In this document: positions 6,868 through 16,045 of the stretch, piece after piece
Numbering within the stretch: position 1 is the stretch's first letter
Layout: each line of letters starts with the position of its first letter
Virus record (IMG/VR): IMGVR_UViG_3300037423_001046
Span: 1-54,723 of that record
Reading direction: 5' to 3' (one strand)
Length of the DNA stretch: 54,723 nucleotides
Origin: a virus
Lineage: Duplodnaviria; Caudoviricetes
Translations under genes and position numbers: made by a program
The notes under the pieces: generated by a model
The model's input: the letters and a program-made list of their open reading frames with translations, nothing else
Told to the model about the DNA's origin: nothing
The model's database searches: none

Positions 6868-7911
6868 TCATGCGTTGGCCTTCTCTCGTTTCGGGTTCTC
6901 GTCGCGGGCGGCGATCGCCTCGTCGACGTCGTACAGGGCGCGGCCGGACTTGTCGCGGCCGTGCTGGGTGACCTTCCCCCGCTTCACCCACTGGCGGAGC
7001 GTGGCCGGGTTGATGCCGTGCACCTCCGCCATCTGCGAGGCGGTGAGCCGGTCGGCGTTGTCGAGGGCGTCCCACCCCACACGGAGCCGGTACTCCGCCT
7101 CAGACCACCAGTGCGACGGATCCCGGGGGCACACCCACGTGTCACGCGCGCCGGTGTCGTCATGCTGCCTTTCGCAGTCCTCGCGGGTGCACCAGTGCCC
7201 GTACCTGCGCACGAGCCGGGGAGCGGGCAGGTCGCACAGGAAGCAGGTTGCTCCGCGCTCGGGTGCCCTCGAGTCGTGGCGGACACCTTCGATGTGGGAG
7301 CGGCAGGCGGCGATCTCGGCGGCCATCTTGGTGAAGTCGACGTCGGGGTCCTGGGCTGCCCGGGTCAGGATCCCGTCGAGGTACGCACGCGAGCGGGCGA
7401 GCGTGGTCCCGAGGGTGGACCGCTGGCCGTACAGGCGGCGGAGGGTGAGCTCCCACCGTCCGAGGACGGCCGCGGGGTGGTGAGGGTCGGGGTCGGGGAC
7501 CTCGTCGGCGTGGAGGGCGAGCCAGTTGCGGCGGGCCTCGAACGAGCCCGGGTGTGCGGCCGGGCCGGCGAGCACCATCGCCTCGGAGTTGACGCCGGCG
7601 TACTCCGCTTCCTCGGGCATGAGGGCGGCGTCGTTCTCGATCGCGACCATGTCGGACCGGACCTTCCCGATGCAGCGGGCGCACGTCTTGGCCTCACCGG
7701 TGGCGAGGTGGGAGGTGCAGGCGGCGACTTTCTTGTCGTCCTTGCTGCGGTCGCGGGCGGTGCAGTGCCGGACCGGGTGGCCGTCCTCGTCGTGGGTGCA
7801 CGGTAGGCATCCGGGGCAGGTGTTGCTGACGCACGCCGGGAGGTGGGCGGGCGTCAGGTAGAGCTCTCGCTCGCGGTCGTACCGGCAGGTGCCGGTGGGT
7901 CGGCCATTCAC
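6868..7911 (-). CDS. Zinc-finger/HTH DNA-binding protein, possible late activator
   Basis: Multiple CxxC; C-terminal LTASQMAEVHGINPATLRQWVKRG HTH. Confidence 0.7.
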   Translation of the reverse strand: MNGRPTGTCRYDRERELYLTPAHLPACVSNTCPGCLPCTHDEDGHPVRHCTARDRSKDDKKVAACTSHLATGEAKTCARCIGKVRSDMVAIENDAALMPEEAEYAGVNSEAMVLAGPAAHPGSFEARRNWLALHADEVPDPDPHHPAAVLGRWELTLRRLYGQRSTLGTTLARSRAYLDGILTRAAQDPDVDFTKMAAEIAACRSHIEGVRHDSRAPERGATCFLCDLPAPRLVRRYGHWCTREDCERQHDDTGARDTWVCPRDPSHWWSEAEYRLRVGWDALDNADRLTASQMAEVHGINPATLRQWVKRGKVTQHGRDKSGRALYDVDEAIAARDENPKREKANA

Positions 7912-8180
7912 TCGTGCTTCCTGTCCTTCGGGTCGATCCGGCGGATGGTGACGGGGTGCTGGTCGGGGAGGTTGTCGCCGGGACACGGGGGGCCGGACTC
8001 GATCGACTTGCTCCCGTCTGGGGCCACGTGCACGTGTGTGCGCACGTAGACGTGTCCCTGTCGGGCGGCGTGGATGGCGGCCTTTGTGCAGGTGCCGCAC
8101 TTCGTGGAGTTCTGGCCGCCGGTCATCGGCCGGCCGCAGCCGGTGCAGCTGCGGGTCTTCGCTTTGGTTGCGGCCGCCAT
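7908..8180 (-). CDS. Small zinc-finger protein
   Basis: CTGC...CGTC; coupled start/stop. Confidence 0.6.
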   Translation of the reverse strand: MAAATKAKTRSCTGCGRPMTGGQNSTKCGTCTKAAIHAARQGHVYVRTHVHVAPDGSKSIESGPPCPGDNLPDQHPVTIRRIDPKDRKHE

Positions 8181-8431
8181 CAGTCGTCGTCCCCGTCGTT
8201 GGTGAAGGTCCACGGCGTCTCGCCGGCCACCTCGCGGCCGCACTCGAGCAGACCGAGGTGGATGACCGGGTCGATGTCGTTGCTGAACGCCTGCAGGAAG
8301 GTGCGTCGTCCGTCGCTGAGACGGGTGACGCGGGCGAGCACGATGACGTCGGTGAGGAGCTCGTCGTCGCTGAGTGGGTCGCCGGAGAAGTCGACCGTTG
8401 CGAGCTGGTCGTTGATGTGGGACATGGTCAT
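8180..8431 (-). CDS. Acidic hypothetical protein
   Basis: RBS GGAGG; coupled. Confidence 0.6.
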   Translation of the reverse strand: MTMSHINDQLATVDFSGDPLSDDELLTDVIVLARVTRLSDGRRTFLQAFSNDIDPVIHLGLLECGREVAGETPWTFTNDGDDD

Positions 8432-8940
8432 GCCTCCTGGAATGCAGCGACCCCGCTCGTGGGAGCGGGGTCGTGGTCGGTCGTGGTGTCGGTTCGTGGT
8501 GGCGGGTCGTCGCCTCTGGCCTTGGCGACTCGGTCGCGGAGGTCGTTGACCACCTCGGACGCGTCCTCGGCGGCGAGCTGGCCGCTGGCGTACTCCCGCG
8601 GACGGTCCTCGCCGAGCTCGTCCGCCCGGCACGACGAGCACACCGCGGTCGTGTATTGCGTCCCGTGCACGGGGCAGATCCGTGGGCGGGTCGGGGTGGC
8701 GAGCTCGACGAGACGTTCCCGCCACGCTGTAGACCGCAGGTCGCCGATCGGGGCCGGCGTCCGGAGGTCACGCATCTGCGCGGCGCGTCCGCACGCCTTC
8801 ATCACTTCGGCGAGGTCGAGGTGGGCGACGTTCTTGATCGCGGTGACGATGCCGGGGACGTCCCACTGGGGTGCACGGTGTGGCCGCGCGGCTGCGGTGA
8901 GCACGGCGAGCGCTTCGGCTTGCTCACGGGTCACGGTCAT
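8428..8940 (-). CDS. Hypothetical replication-associated protein with C-terminal zinc finger
   Basis: QWDVPGIV..RTPA..CPVH...CSSC; position in the replication region. Confidence 0.6.
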   Translation of the reverse strand: MTVTREQAEALAVLTAAARPHRAPQWDVPGIVTAIKNVAHLDLAEVMKACGRAAQMRDLRTPAPIGDLRSTAWRERLVELATPTRPRICPVHGTQYTTAVCSSCRADELGEDRPREYASGQLAAEDASEVVNDLRDRVAKARGDDPPPRTDTTTDHDPAPTSGVAAFQEA

Positions 8941-8941
8941 C

Positions 8942-9790
8942 TCAAGCTCCTCCGATCGAGAACAGATCCGGCTCACCGAGCGGCCGGTTCGACCACAGGC
9001 ACTCGGTCCTGTCGCCAGCAGTCTTCGTTGCGCCGCCGCGGATCCCGTTCCCAGTCCATGCCGCCAGGTCGACGCGGTGCCAGTCGACGTAAAGCTCGTC
9101 GTACAGCGGCGATGGATAGCCCGAGAGCACGACGGTGGCCCCGCATTCATGCAGCGCTCCGGCCAGCTCGCGATGCCTCGCCTCGTCACCCATCTCGTGT
9201 CGGTAGTTCAGGCTGTTCCGGGCGGCAGCGAGGTAGGGCGGGTCGACGTAGAGCAACACGTTCGGGTGACGCCCGTAGTCCGCAATGACCTCTACCCCCG
9301 ACCTAGATTCAAGGGAAACGCGGGACAGGCGCTCGGCGGCCGGCCCCATGCGGTCGACGTATGCCTCGAGGTACTCCGGGAACGAGTAGGTCGATCCGGC
9401 CGGGTCGCGATAGAACCTCCATCCCGTCTTCCGGAGCGTCCCACCGCGGCCCTGAGTGAGTAGAACCCACACGCGGCGTGCCCGTTCAAGGTCGCTCGAG
9501 GCCTCGAGGTCGTAGGCCGCCTGATGCTCTGCCCGGCTGTGCGGGGTGAGAGCACAGACGCGCGCTAGGTCCTGCGGGCAGTCACGAAGAACGCGCCAGA
9601 ACGTCATCAGGTCGCCGTCGAGGTCATTGACGGTCTCCATCTCGGACCGCGGCTTGGCGAGCAGCACCGCGAGCGAGCCGGCGAACGGCTCGACATAGTG
9701 CGAGTGCTCGGGCAACAGGCTGACGATCTGATCTGCCATGCGCGTCTTGCCCCCGTAGTACGTGAACGGTGGCCGCAGCGCGACGGACAT
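8942..9790 (-). CDS. DNA adenine methyltransferase (Dam/D12 class)
   Basis: YYGGK, EPFAGS, VNDLD, DPPY motifs. Confidence 0.92.
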   Translation of the reverse strand: MSVALRPPFTYYGGKTRMADQIVSLLPEHSHYVEPFAGSLAVLLAKPRSEMETVNDLDGDLMTFWRVLRDCPQDLARVCALTPHSRAEHQAAYDLEASSDLERARRVWVLLTQGRGGTLRKTGWRFYRDPAGSTYSFPEYLEAYVDRMGPAAERLSRVSLESRSGVEVIADYGRHPNVLLYVDPPYLAAARNSLNYRHEMGDEARHRELAGALHECGATVVLSGYPSPLYDELYVDWHRVDLAAWTGNGIRGGATKTAGDRTECLWSNRPLGEPDLFSIGGA

Positions 9791-9969
9791 CAAGGTGTTC
9801 CTTCCTGCTCGTGGGTCCATCGGTGGGCGGCGACGTCGGCGTAGTCCGTCGCGTGGCTCGTGACGACGATGATCGGGACCGCGCCGGGACGTCGGATGGT
9901 GCGGGTCTGGACGGGGATCTCGAACCGCTCGAGGCAGACGGGGCAGATCCATGTCGTTGAGGCGGTCAT
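9790..9969 (-). CDS. Small hypothetical protein
   Basis: CPVC...HRWTH; coupled. Confidence 0.5.
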   Translation of the reverse strand: MTASTTWICPVCLERFEIPVQTRTIRRPGAVPIIVVTSHATDYADVAAHRWTHEQEGTP

Positions 9970-10169
9970 CTCCGGCGCCTGCGTGCGCGCCGGCGACGGT
10001 CGTAGGCAGCGTGCATCCGCGAGATCTGGGGGAACTCGCGGCGGTGGTGCCTGTCGACGCGTCCAAACAGGGCAGCGAACTTCTCGGCGGCTCTGGCCGC
10101 TACCTGCAGCGCCGCGACGAACCGCGACGCGTCTGCCTTGATCGTCACTCGGATCTGTCGTGATGCCAT
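9966..10169 (-). CDS. Small hypothetical protein
   Basis: Coupled; RBS AGGAGG. Confidence 0.55.
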   Translation of the reverse strand: MASRQIRVTIKADASRFVAALQVAARAAEKFAALFGRVDRHHRREFPQISRMHAAYDRRRRARRRRR

Positions 10170-10561
10170 CAGGTATTTCCTCCTGGGAGGTCGGTAGTGA
10201 GCCGCTCGAGGAGAGCGGCCGCAGTGTCGGTCGCGGGCCCGCGGACAGCGAGCCGGGCATCGGTGTGGACGTCGGCGGCGAGCCGGCGGAGGAGCTCGAC
10301 GTCGTCCGGCCGGTTCGGGCAGCGGGTGTGCACGCGCGGTGTCCCGTCGAGGCGGAGCACCGTCTGTCGACCGCACCACTCACACGGCGAGTGCCCGCGC
10401 TTGCAGCCGTCCGACCAGTGCGGAGCCCGCCACCGTCCACGATCCGCGTTCGGGTCGCCGTAGCCAGTCCTCCCGCACACGTCGCACCGCCACTTCGGTC
10501 CGGTCATCGAGTAGCCGTAGGACCGGCCGTCGTGGATCTTCGTGAACGTCGTCCCCGTCAC
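10169..10561 (-). CDS. Zinc-finger hypothetical protein
   Basis: CDVC..H..C, CEWC..H..C. Confidence 0.6.
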   Translation of the reverse strand: MTGTTFTKIHDGRSYGYSMTGPKWRCDVCGRTGYGDPNADRGRWRAPHWSDGCKRGHSPCEWCGRQTVLRLDGTPRVHTRCPNRPDDVELLRRLAADVHTDARLAVRGPATDTAAALLERLTTDLPGGNT

Positions 10562-11304
10562 GGCCACGCCTGCCGGACGGACGACGCCGGGAGGTACAGC
10601 GGGTGCCGGGGTGCGCCGTCCTTCGTCGTGCCGAGCGCGGTGAACCAGTCGGAGCCGCGCATAGCGAGCACCTCGCGCACACGGTCAGGTCGCGCGTGCG
10701 CGCCCCACGCGGCCACGAGCGGATCCTTCCGTGCCCGGGCGCGGAGGATGAGCTCCTGGATCATGGCGTCGTTGTGGTCGCCACCCGTCGGCTCCTCCGC
10801 CCGCCACAGATCCCGCGGGTACGTCGCCCGGTACGCGTAGAGGTTGCCGACGAGCAGACCGTCGCAGCCCCACGCCTTCGCGAAGCCGATGCACCGGCGG
10901 ATGGTCGGGTCGTCGAGCTCGCCGTCTGCCGTGCTCGGGTTGAGCATGATGAACGTCGCCATGTGGTCGCCGTTGTTCGACCACTCGCGGCCGAGCACCC
11001 ACCGGTAGACGCCATCCGGGGAGATGGACGCCCACCGCTTCACGGGGTCGGCCGGCACGAGAGTGCAGGGTGCGTTGACCTTGAACAGCGGGACATCGAC
11101 GTCAGTCCCATCCATGACGCCAGCCAGCGCGGCCGGTCGGTTATCCACAGGCTCGTCGGTCGCGCGCGTAACGGTCAGGTTTATGGATGGGTTACCACGG
11201 TTCTCCTCTCCCTCACTCCCTTGTTCCCTTGTTCCCTTGTTCCGGAGGTGAGGGCTCAGTGAGTCCTCCGTGAAGTCTTCGTGAGTCATGCGTGCCTCCG
11301 TCAT
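10558..11304 (-). CDS. DUF1643 family protein with a Rep-linker-like N-terminal extension
   Basis: FIMLNPSTAD..DDPTIRRC..NLYAYRATYP..AWG..PRHPLY. Confidence 0.85.
   Translation of the reverse strand: MTEARMTHEDFTEDSLSPHLRNKGTREQGSEGEENRGNPSINLTVTRATDEPVDNRPAALAGVMDGTDVDVPLFKVNAPCTLVPADPVKRWASISPDGVYRWVLGREWSNNGDHMATFIMLNPSTADGELDDPTIRRCIGFAKAWGCDGLLVGNLYAYRATYPRDLWRAEEPTGGDHNDAMIQELILRARARKDPLVAAWGAHARPDRVREVLAMRGSDWFTALGTTKDGAPRHPLYLPASSVRQAWP
11141..11243. other. Putative replication origin
   Basis: Perfect DnaA box TTATCCACA 11141-11149; CCCTTGTT x3 at 11218-11241; lies just downstream of the Rep N-domain gene. Confidence 0.6.
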
Positions 11305-11687
11305 CACCACAGTCCGTCGGGCTCATGTGTCGGGCAGGGAGGGAGCTTGCTGGTCGTCGGGCGGTTGATCTTCTGGTGCTGCCGGAACTTCGGCGCGTGG
11401 AAGTAGCGCACGCCAGCGACCTCGTACCGGCACAACGCGGGCTCGTCCTCGGGCTTCAGCTTCGGCGTGGCCGCCATCAGGTCGAGCCAGCTCGCCATCT
11501 TCTTCTCGGTGACGTCGCGGTCCCACGGGAAGCACTCGGCCATGACGAGCCGGACCTCGTCGACACCGCGGCCGGCGTCGTCGAGGTACATCGACAGGTA
11601 GTGCCATGCGAGCCGGACCTCGCGCGGCCACGAGGCGAGGGTGAGCGACTTCAGCGCCTCGGGCTTGATCGAGCGGATGCGGGCCAT
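11304..11687 (-). CDS. Phage replication initiator, N-terminal domain only
   Basis: MARIRSIKPE...DDAGRG...FRQHQKINRPTTSKLP signature. Confidence 0.8.
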   Translation of the reverse strand: MARIRSIKPEALKSLTLASWPREVRLAWHYLSMYLDDAGRGVDEVRLVMAECFPWDRDVTEKKMASWLDLMAATPKLKPEDEPALCRYEVAGVRYFHAPKFRQHQKINRPTTSKLPPCPTHEPDGLW

Positions 11688-12187
11688 CAGTACGAGAACT
11701 CCAAACCGGCCGCGACCTCGCGGACGAGGAGGCCGCCCTGCATGACGTGGTCCTGCACGTGCCGCTTCAACGTGCGGAGCTCGTCCGTGGAGGGCCGGTA
11801 CCACTCGTGCGAGGGTGTGCCCTTCAGGAAGTACGTCAGCTCGACGGACGCGCCGGAGTAGAAGTGGGAGCGGCACGTGCCCGGGCAGTCGGGGTTTCCG
11901 AGGGTGTGGTGGGACACCATGAACGGCGTCGTGCCCGGGTGGCGGTCGTAGCAGAGGACCCGCTCGCCGCACTCCTCGCACTCCCACACGTTCAGCCGCC
12001 CGGCCTCATGTGCACGGGACGCGATCCACGCGATGACGTGCGGCGGGTACGTCGCGAACGGGGCGTCGGACCACTCGACCTCGATCTTCGGTGCGCCCCT
12101 TCGCGGCTCGTTGCCGCGGGGGATGGTGACGAGGGAACCTCCCGGGTGGAGAGGGATCTGACGCTTGGGCTTACGACGGTTGCTCAT
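11687..12187 (-). CDS. Hypothetical protein (CEEC motif)
   Basis: Coupled ORF. Confidence 0.65.
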   Translation of the reverse strand: MSNRRKPKRQIPLHPGGSLVTIPRGNEPRRGAPKIEVEWSDAPFATYPPHVIAWIASRAHEAGRLNVWECEECGERVLCYDRHPGTTPFMVSHHTLGNPDCPGTCRSHFYSGASVELTYFLKGTPSHEWYRPSTDELRTLKRHVQDHVMQGGLLVREVAAGLEFSY

Positions 12188-12537
12188 GGGAGCTCCTGGG
12201 TGTTGGCAGTCTGAAGTAGGAAGTCGGCGTGGCACTCGACGTCGAGGGGGCACCAGCAGACGAGGTCGCGGCCGGCGAGCGCGTTCCGGATCTGCTCGAC
12301 CGTGGGCACGCGCAGTGGCCCGGACTCGTGGCGGGTGAACCGGTGGTCGTGAAACCACGTCTCGCCCGTGAGGACGAGCTCGCGGTACATGCGGACGGAG
12401 TCTGCGCGGGGGAACAACTCGCCGGCACCCGACGCGACGGGGAAGGGGTTGCCCCACACGGACGGGCGGGTGACGACGATCGCGTCGATCGGCTTACGCC
12501 AACCGCGGGAACGCTGGCGCTGGATCCGGATCGGCAT
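12184..12537 (-). CDS. DUF4326 family protein
   Basis: RIQRQRSRGWRKP..VTRPSVWGNPF..LAGRDLVCWCP..CHADFL. Confidence 0.85.
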   Translation of the reverse strand: MPIRIQRQRSRGWRKPIDAIVVTRPSVWGNPFPVASGAGELFPRADSVRMYRELVLTGETWFHDHRFTRHESGPLRVPTVEQIRNALAGRDLVCWCPLDVECHADFLLQTANTQELP

Positions 12538-12540
12538 TGG

Positions 12541-12864
12541 TCACTTCCTCTCGGTCGTCTGGTTCGGTCGGCGGAGGTCGATCCACGTGTCGTAGGCATG
12601 GCACGCGGGGTGGCCGCAGTAGCAGCGGCCGCGGGCGCAGTAGCCACGCCGACCGGTCTCCTCGCAGGTCGAGCAGCGCCAGTCGGTCCCGTCGAGCCGC
12701 TGGTCTGGCTTCGGAGGGCAGACTCCCGCGAGGGTGCGGCGTAGGTGTTCCATCTCAGCCTTGGCCCGGATCGGGTTGTAGTGCTCGGTCGAGAACCTCG
12801 CCTTCGCCTGGGCGACGGTGCACCCGCTCTTGCCGACGATCCGATCGTCTGGATTACCGGCCAT
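12541..12864 (-). CDS. Cys-rich hypothetical protein
   Basis: CSTC..CARGRCYCGHPAC. Confidence 0.6.
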   Translation of the reverse strand: MAGNPDDRIVGKSGCTVAQAKARFSTEHYNPIRAKAEMEHLRRTLAGVCPPKPDQRLDGTDWRCSTCEETGRRGYCARGRCYCGHPACHAYDTWIDLRRPNQTTERK

Positions 12865-13463
12865 CAGGCGGCGGCGGCGGCGTTCTCGCAGGTCGTGCAC
12901 ATGCCGACGGCGCGACGGGTTCGGTTCCCGCAGACCGAGCACTTCACCTCACGGGGCTGCCGGCGGTGCTCGTCCCGGTCAGGCTCGTCGGCCGGACGTG
13001 TCACCCCACACGCGGCGGCCGCCTCGGTAGCGAGCTCCCGCAACTTCGCGTCCTCGCCGACCCGGGCGACGGCGTACATCGCGGTCGTGTGGTCCCGCTC
13101 GAACGCTCGCCCGATCGCCGCGTAGGACAGTCCCGCGTAGTGACAGGCGTACATCGCCGCCGAGCGGGCGGACGCGATGTGACGGTCGCGCATGTCGGAG
13201 CGGATCTGGAACGCCGGCACACCCGAGAGGCGAGAGACGGCGACGATGATCCGGTCTGCGAGGGGGCGCTTCTCGGGTGAGCTGGCGCGGATCGGGACCG
13301 TGTCGTCGATGTTCGCCGCGAGGACGACCGCGAGGGCCGGCCAGTCGCACACGTCGGCGAGGATGCGCGCGATCTCGTCTCGGTCTTCGTCGGCGACCGC
13401 GCACACGAGCGCGGCGGCCTGGGGGAGCACGTCGTTGGCGCGCTCGTCGGGGTTGCTGGTCAC
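12864..13463 (-). CDS. Protein with a DnaA C-terminal-like HTH domain and zinc finger
   Basis: IRSDMRDRHIASARSAAMY..LSYAAIGRAFERDHTTAMYA. Confidence 0.8.
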   Translation of the reverse strand: MTSNPDERANDVLPQAAALVCAVADEDRDEIARILADVCDWPALAVVLAANIDDTVPIRASSPEKRPLADRIIVAVSRLSGVPAFQIRSDMRDRHIASARSAAMYACHYAGLSYAAIGRAFERDHTTAMYAVARVGEDAKLRELATEAAAACGVTRPADEPDRDEHRRQPREVKCSVCGNRTRRAVGMCTTCENAAAAA

Positions 13464-13957
13464 GGGGTTTTCACTTTCGCGAGGGCGTCGGTGTGGGTCT
13501 TGGGGAGTGCGACGCGGTCAGGGTGGTCGAGCAGGTGGAGGCCGATCTGCCGGAGCCAGTAGGCGTCGACCTCGTTGTCGTCCTTGAGGTCGAGCCCGGT
13601 GCGCTTGTAGAGCGCCATCCGCATGTCGGCCTTGGATGCGGTGCCGGATCCGGTCGCGAACTTCTTCAGCGTGGCCGCGGTGGCGGTGGCGAAGGGGACG
13701 TCGGCGTGCCAGAGGGCGAGGCGGATGACGCCTTGGGCCATGCCGGTGAGCCCTGCGCCGTGGGCGTGGGTGGGGAGGTCTTCGATCACGGCGTAGTCAC
13801 AGCCGCCGCGCGGGGTCGCGGCGACGCGTGCGGCCTCGTAGATGACGTGCATCCGTCCCTCGGTCTTCGCGTCGGTGGGGATGGTGTACGTCTCGTGTGG
13901 GGTGGCGATCCCGGTCGCGGTGAGCGAGGGGTCGATGCCGATGATGTAGCTGGTCAC
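13460..13957 (-). CDS. RuvC-like Holliday junction resolvase
   Basis: IIGIDPSLTATG..IE..LKKFATGSGTASK..DNEVDAY. Confidence 0.88.
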   Translation of the reverse strand: MTSYIIGIDPSLTATGIATPHETYTIPTDAKTEGRMHVIYEAARVAATPRGGCDYAVIEDLPTHAHGAGLTGMAQGVIRLALWHADVPFATATAATLKKFATGSGTASKADMRMALYKRTGLDLKDDNEVDAYWLRQIGLHLLDHPDRVALPKTHTDALAKVKTP

Positions 13958-14242
13958 TGGTCGTTCCATTCGTCTCGGCGCTGCTCGAAGATCTCGGCCC
14001 AGCCGCGTTCGTCGCCGCACTCGCCGCCGGATGCGACGACGAGTGAGTGGGGGCAGACGCGGGGTTTGCCGCGCCAGTCGGCGTCGTCGGCCATAGGGCA
14101 GGCGTCAGGCATGGCGCTCGGTCCCGCAGCGACAGTCGACGAGCTCGTCGGTCTTCTCGTCGATGGCCCATCCGGTGCAGTTGGGGTGCTTCCCGTTGGC
14201 GCACTCCGGGCAGACGGCCGGGTCAGTGTGCGGCCGCGGCAT
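13954..14242 (-). other. Two tiny Cys-rich ORFs (13954-14112; 14105-14242)
   Basis: MPDACPMADD.. and MPRPHTDPAVCPECANGKHPNC..; overlapping and coupled. Confidence 0.45.
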
Positions 14243-14639
14243 CGCCTGCCCGCCCTTCGAGGATGCGCGCGTTGAGCCAGTCGATGAGGTGCGGGATCGC
14301 GCGGTTCATCTCGATCGGTTCGCAGTCGGCGTAGAGCGGATGGCTCACGAACCACTCCCGGTCCTCGTCGCTGATGAGTCCGCTCGGGGTGCTGCCGATG
14401 GTGGCGAGCCGGTCCAGTTCGACGATGACGTCCGCCACGCCACCTTCGAGCTTGATGACCGGTCGCTCCCGCTCCGCGTACTTCGTGACGGCCGCGTGGA
14501 CGTGGTCGCGGAGCCAGTCGGACTCGAGGACGGCGCGGGCGCGGGCTCGGTCGAGGTAGGTGGGGAGTCGACTGCCGGGCCCGGGGCGGGGTCCGCCTGC
14601 GATCACGCGTGCGAGCTTGAGCTCGTCGTAGTTGGGCAT
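14223..14639 (-). CDS. Hypothetical protein
   Basis: RBS AAGGAAGG. Confidence 0.6.
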   Translation of the reverse strand: MPNYDELKLARVIAGGPRPGPGSRLPTYLDRARARAVLESDWLRDHVHAAVTKYAERERPVIKLEGGVADVIVELDRLATIGSTPSGLISDEDREWFVSHPLYADCEPIEMNRAIPHLIDWLNARILEGRAGDAAAAH

Positions 14640-14825
14640 GGGTGTTCCTTCCTTGCAGCGGAGACAGACGATCCGTGGGGTGGGGAGCCAGATGACGCCG
14701 GGTCGGTGGCTGGCCCGCGCGCAGATCCAGCGGGCGAGTCGGCTACCCACGGCGGAACCCGCAGCAGAGGCGGCACGGGATCAACCCGTGGAGACGCCGC
14801 GGCTTGCAGCCCTTGCACAGCCACT

Positions 14826-15065
14826 TCACGTCGAGACCTCGAGCGCTCGGTGCCAGCCGGCGAGGCAGCGTTGCCATCCGCGGATCGCGTTCTCGCGCTG
14901 CAGTCGCAGGTCGGCGACGTACTGCGCGAGTCGGAGTGCGTCGTCGCGGGAGAGGGTGATCTCGTCGCCGGTGCTGTTCGCGAGGAGGTCGAGGAGGTAG
15001 ATGACGTCCTCGGGTCCGTCGTTGACGAGCTCGGGTGGGAGTTCCTTCAGGGGTGCGTCACTCAT
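14826..15065 (-). CDS. Hypothetical protein
   Basis: Coupled ORF. Confidence 0.55.
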   Translation of the reverse strand: MSDAPLKELPPELVNDGPEDVIYLLDLLANSTGDEITLSRDDALRLAQYVADLRLQRENAIRGWQRCLAGWHRALEVST

Positions 15066-15201
15066 CGTCGGCTCCGCTCGCGCAGTGGACGTGGATGTAG
15101 GTGTCGCGTCGGCGCACGACTCGCTGGCCGGGGGTGATGTCGTGTCCGCAGCGGGGGCAGATCGACTGGAACCGGGCATCGATTCCCGGCCCGCGGCTCA
15201 T
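15058..15201 (-). CDS. Tiny zinc-finger protein
   Basis: CPRC...HVHC. Confidence 0.55.
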   Translation of the reverse strand: MSRGPGIDARFQSICPRCGHDITPGQRVVRRRDTYIHVHCASGADDE

Positions 15202-15656
15202 CGGACACCCTCCGTGGGTCGGAGTCCGAGTGCGTCGCGGTAGTCGACCCACGTCCTAGGCCGGACATCCTCAGCCGGACCCCAGAAACCCCAGACGCGG
15301 CGCTTCCGGCCGACCACGACCAGCGAGACGGTGTCCGGCTTCACGAGCACGATCCGATGGGCGTGATCGGTGGGGAAGCGGCCAAGCTCCCAGCGCCGCT
15401 GGGCGCGGAGCAGATACCGGCCGTGGGCCGGGTCGTCGTAGTAGTGCTCGAGGTAGCCCCCGCGGAGCACGATCCGCCAGAACGCCCAAGGATGATCGTG
15501 CGGGACGGGGTCGAGGTCCTCGCGGTAGATGAAGTGCAGGTAGACCCCAAACCAGGGGGTCTGGAGCAGGCGCCAGCGCTCCATCATGGGGTTGTCCTGC
15601 TTGCCGATGACGAACCGCTGGTTGACGCCCCAACGGCGGCGTCCTTCGCGGCTCAC
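15198..15656 (-). CDS. Cupin-fold (cysteine dioxygenase-like) protein
   Basis: VYLHFI..D..PHDHPW..LRGGYLE..HRI. Confidence 0.65.
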   Translation of the reverse strand: MSREGRRRWGVNQRFVIGKQDNPMMERWRLLQTPWFGVYLHFIYREDLDPVPHDHPWAFWRIVLRGGYLEHYYDDPAHGRYLLRAQRRWELGRFPTDHAHRIVLVKPDTVSLVVVGRKRRVWGFWGPAEDVRPRTWVDYRDALGLRPTEGVR

Positions 15657-16042
15657 AGCGAGCCTGCCGATGCGACGCGGTGGATCGCGTCGACCGGGGA
15701 CGCGACTGACTTGGTCCGGGCGTCGACCTTCCGCGGGCTGCAGAGCGAGAACACGACGTAGTCGCCGGCGTTGAACCCACGCTGGCCGCCGCGCCCGGGC
15801 ATGGTGCTCATGACGAACCCGACGTCCGCGGTGACGGTCCGGCCGGAGTAGCGGGCACATTCGCGCGTGCACCGCTTGTCTTCGCTCAGGCACGTGCACG
15901 GCGCCTTCAGGTCGAACTCCCGCAGCGTGACGGTGTCGCCGGCCTGGTAGAGCCGATCGTTCAGTCGGACCTCGAACGTCTTGCGGTCGCGCCAGATCGC
16001 CTCGAAGGCGACAGGGATGGTCTTCAGGTCGTGGTGTGTCAT
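15653..16042 (-). CDS. ASCH/DUF3850 domain protein
   Basis: HDLK..F.AI..RKTFEVRLNDR.YQAGD.V.LREF. Confidence 0.85.
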   Translation of the reverse strand: MTHHDLKTIPVAFEAIWRDRKTFEVRLNDRLYQAGDTVTLREFDLKAPCTCLSEDKRCTRECARYSGRTVTADVGFVMSTMPGRGGQRGFNAGDYVVFSLCSPRKVDARTKSVASPVDAIHRVASAGSL

Positions 16043-16045
16043 CGC

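Noticed and set aside
8942-9790. Complete restriction-modification system
   Set aside because: No cognate endonuclease adjacent; orphan MTases are common in phages.
10001-10010. GTAGGCAGC as an extra CTAG box
   Set aside because: Lacks the CTAG/TTAG start and lies inside an opposite-strand gene; likely chance.
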